DNA of 62,144 nucleotides, the filler included, from a bacterium (GTDB lineage: Bacteria; J088; JAWLBW01), in NCBI GenBank assembly GCA_041690355.1. It is 4 parts of 4 records of this genome, joined end to end, with 100 filler letters (N's around TTAATTAATTAA, not from the genome) between each part and the next. Parts side by side here need not be neighbours in the genome. Positions count along the whole stretch, not along the records: positions 58,393 to 62,144 come from JAWLHK010000041.1; 3 more parts are not named here. One strand, 5' to 3'. A program made the translations under genes and the position numbers. Each line of letters begins with the position of its first letter. Within the stretch, counting starts at the first letter, position 1. Under the pieces are notes generated by a model. That model was not told the DNA's origin. It searched no databases and saw nothing but the letters and a program-made list of their open reading frames with translations. Below, one piece after another: positions 60,083-62,144 of the stretch.

Positions 60083-61661
60083 GGAGGATCTCGACCAGAC
60101 GATGGAGCGAAGCCGCCTTCTCGGCCGGGAGGCGGCGGAGCACCGGCGGATCGCGGTCGCCTACGAGAAATGCCCCGCCGAGCCGCCTCCGTCCGTCGAG
60201 GCGGCGTTGCGGGCGCGTCGGGCCTGCGACGACGCGCAACGCGCGCAGTGCGGCCTGCTGCGGGAACTGGTGGGCACTCTCGCCGATCATGCCGCCGAAC
60301 AGTCGGGGAAACTGACGGCGATGGAGGAGCAGAACCGCAGGCTCTCGGCCGACTGCGAACGTCTTCGCCTGGAGTTGCGCAGGCAGTTGGGCGTACAGCC
60401 GAAACGCATGGGATCGGCCGGGGAACCGGACGCCGGTGAATCGAAGGCGGGCGGCGAGGAGAACGGGGAAACGAATGGCCCGAAGAGGCGGGGTGCGCCG
60501 AAGGGACACCGGGGCGCGTCCAGGGGCGTTCCAGAACGGGTGGACCGCACCGAGGAGATCCCCCCGCCCGGAGTCTGCCCGTGCGGATGCGCGGCCATCG
60601 AACCAATGGACGAGTTCGACCTCAAGTGGACCGAGGACATTCCGCCCGTGTGCCGCGTCGTCACACTCTCGAAGTACCGGCGCGGACGCTGTCCCGACTG
60701 CGGAACCGTGCTGCGTCACGACGAGGCCGTGCACGGGCCGCCCGTGGTCACCGGGCCGAACCTGGCGGTCATGCTGACGACGCTTCGGCACATGGGCATG
60801 ACATACCGCCGACTCGCCTCCCTCTGCACCGACTGCCTCGCCATCCCCCTCACCGCCTCCGGCGTGCTGGGCGTCGTCAACGGCGTCTGCGACCGACTGC
60901 GACCGGTCGCCGACGAGATCGCATCGGCTTTGCGCGAGCAGGAGGTGATCGGAGCCGACGAGACGGGCTGGAGAATCGAGCGGGAGAGCGGCTACGTGTG
61001 GTGCTTCTGCAACAAGCTTCTCGCCTACTTCCATCCCGACCGCAGTCGAGCCACCGCCGTCCCGGAGGGCGTGCTCGGAAAGGAGTTCCGGGGAACGGTC
61101 ACCTGCGACTTCTACGGTGCGTACAACTTCCTCGAGAACACGCAGCGATGCTGGGTCCATCTGCTCAGGGACATCGAGAAGGAGCGGCTGATCCTGCCGG
61201 GAAGCAAGACGCTACGCAAGTTCGAGGACGAAGCGTGGGCCGTCTACAAGGAGGGCAAGCGTGTCCAGGCCATGGAGGACGGACCCGGGAAACGCCGCGA
61301 CGCGGGGAAGTTCATCCGGCGCGTTCGCCGCCTGGGGAACATGAAAGTGCCCAAGGGCAAGGCCACCACGCTGGCCAAGCGGGTCCGGAACTACGCCGAC
61401 GAACTGGTCGCCTTCATCGACAACCCGCAAGTCGAACCGCACAACAACAGAACCGAGCGACAGGTTCGACCCATTGTCGTCAACCGCAAAAACTCTTACG
61501 GAAGCGACACCGCGGGCGGCGCCAAGCGCATGTGCGATCTGGCCAGCGTCCTGGAGACCTGCAAGCTGAACGGACTGCGCATCGGCAGATGGCTCGCGGA
61601 TCTGCTCGCCGCCCCTCAGGACACTCCCCCGAGTCCCTTCGAGAAGCCCGCCAAAAGCTGA
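60066..61661 (+). CDS. tnpC: IS66 family DDE transposase
   Basis: Coiled coil, KRRGAPKGHRG, CPCGC...CPDCG zinc finger, ADETGW, CDFYGAY, QRCWVHLLR, NNRTERQVR. Confidence 0.93.
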   Translation: MSTVGREDLDQTMERSRLLGREAAEHRRIAVAYEKCPAEPPPSVEAALRARRACDDAQRAQCGLLRELVGTLADHAAEQSGKLTAMEEQNRRLSADCERLRLELRRQLGVQPKRMGSAGEPDAGESKAGGEENGETNGPKRRGAPKGHRGASRGVPERVDRTEEIPPPGVCPCGCAAIEPMDEFDLKWTEDIPPVCRVVTLSKYRRGRCPDCGTVLRHDEAVHGPPVVTGPNLAVMLTTLRHMGMTYRRLASLCTDCLAIPLTASGVLGVVNGVCDRLRPVADEIASALREQEVIGADETGWRIERESGYVWCFCNKLLAYFHPDRSRATAVPEGVLGKEFRGTVTCDFYGAYNFLENTQRCWVHLLRDIEKERLILPGSKTLRKFEDEAWAVYKEGKRVQAMEDGPGKRRDAGKFIRRVRRLGNMKVPKGKATTLAKRVRNYADELVAFIDNPQVEPHNNRTERQVRPIVVNRKNSYGSDTAGGAKRMCDLASVLETCKLNGLRIGRWLADLLAAPQDTPPSPFEKPAKS

Positions 61662-61825
61662 CCCGCCCGAGAATCCCGATCCCACCCGCAACCCGACTGG
61701 CGACCCACCAACTCCGGGGTGCTGTGCCGTGCCCGCGATGCCCCGCGACGTAGCCCTTTCACGCCACGTCGCGCCCGCGTCCGAACGGCTCCCCCCTGCC
61801 TGGAGGCCCCAAGCTAAACGGTTTC

Positions 61826-61920
61826 CAAAAACGACCTGTAACACATTTTTATAAAGCTGTTTATTGTGCTACAGCTTCTGCTCCAACAGGTCCGGTGGCA
61901 ACGGCACCTTGTTCCGCAGC
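61826..61920 (-). repeat. Right 95-bp arm of long palindrome
   Basis: See 58879-58973. Confidence 0.92.
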
Positions 61921-62029
61921 GGGGCCGTCCAAAATAGCCGAAATGGTATATTCAAAACTCGGCGGTCAGAATCGATTACGGGCAGCAGGAAGGAGTCCGG
62001 GGAAGGATGGACGGAATGGAGGGGTCTCT

Positions 62030-62112
62030 GCCCCAAAGGGGCAAAGGTAGGTAGCCGCGGGTGTAAACCCGTGGAAAACGATGTACCTCCTCCATGCGCC
62101 CCAAAGGGTCGC
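62030..62112. repeat. REP-like palindromes
   Basis: GCCCCAAAGGGGC, GTAG-CCGCGGGT-GTAA-ACCCGTGG, GCCCCAAAGGGTC. Confidence 0.55.
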
Positions 62113-62144
62113 GGGTGATGCAGCCCCACGATAACCTCACGATG

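Larger units (their letters stand above)
58986..61825 (+). mobile_element. IS66-family element carrying an inactive RAYT-like passenger gene
   Basis: IRL GAAAGCGTTTAGCTTGGGGC (58986-59005) and IRR GCCCCAAGCTAAACGGTTTC (61806-61825), 19/20. Flanks TCAAAACG / CAAAAACG approximate an 8-bp TSD. Confidence 0.88.

Noticed and set aside
58867-61930. Long palindrome as an integron attC site (GCCGAAC at 58867, GCCTAAC at 58769)
   Set aside because: Reconstructed length (~200 bp) exceeds typical attC, the arms have no extrahelical bases, the opposite core site is degenerate and no integrase is present.

Overview
High-GC (roughly 65-70% by eye) bacterial sequence, most likely a Myxococcota/deltaproteobacterial metagenome bin. 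Four contigs are joined by artificial N-TTAATTAATTAA-N linkers (contigs 1-19042, 19143-48634, 48735-58292, 58393-62144), so adjacency across linkers is meaningless. Contig 1 is accessory/metabolic: an NHL-repeat lipoprotein, an internally deleted antitoxin, DODA dioxygenase, map, a TPR-fused rifampin ADP-ribosyltransferase, a stand-alone 4xCache protein, abfD plus a CoA-transferase, a PAS/GAF kinase pair and ald. Contig 2 is mostly core genes (tRNA-Ile2, ispA, tlyA, thiSGE, htrA, pgeF/rluD, gpsA, pal, an NtrC-type pair, tspO), with intergenic spaces full of heptamer arrays and dispersed REP/MITE-like repeats. Contig 3 is a Tad/Flp cluster with FHA proteins and a Ser/Thr kinase, reminiscent of the Kil system; it carries a low-GC cassette whose border lies inside the pilin gene. 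The best novelty candidate is on contig 4. There a 2.84-kb IS66-family element with 20-bp terminal inverted repeats carries an intact TnpC, a small AbrB-like ORF and a full-length RAYT/Y1 HUH-transposase homologue that lacks its catalytic residues. The element sits at the tip of a ~200-bp palindrome (95-bp arms, 83/95 identical). This suggests a DDE transposon that co-opted an inactive HUH protein as a hairpin-targeting factor; that is inference from one copy. All protein family calls are from motif recognition by eye, not database searches.
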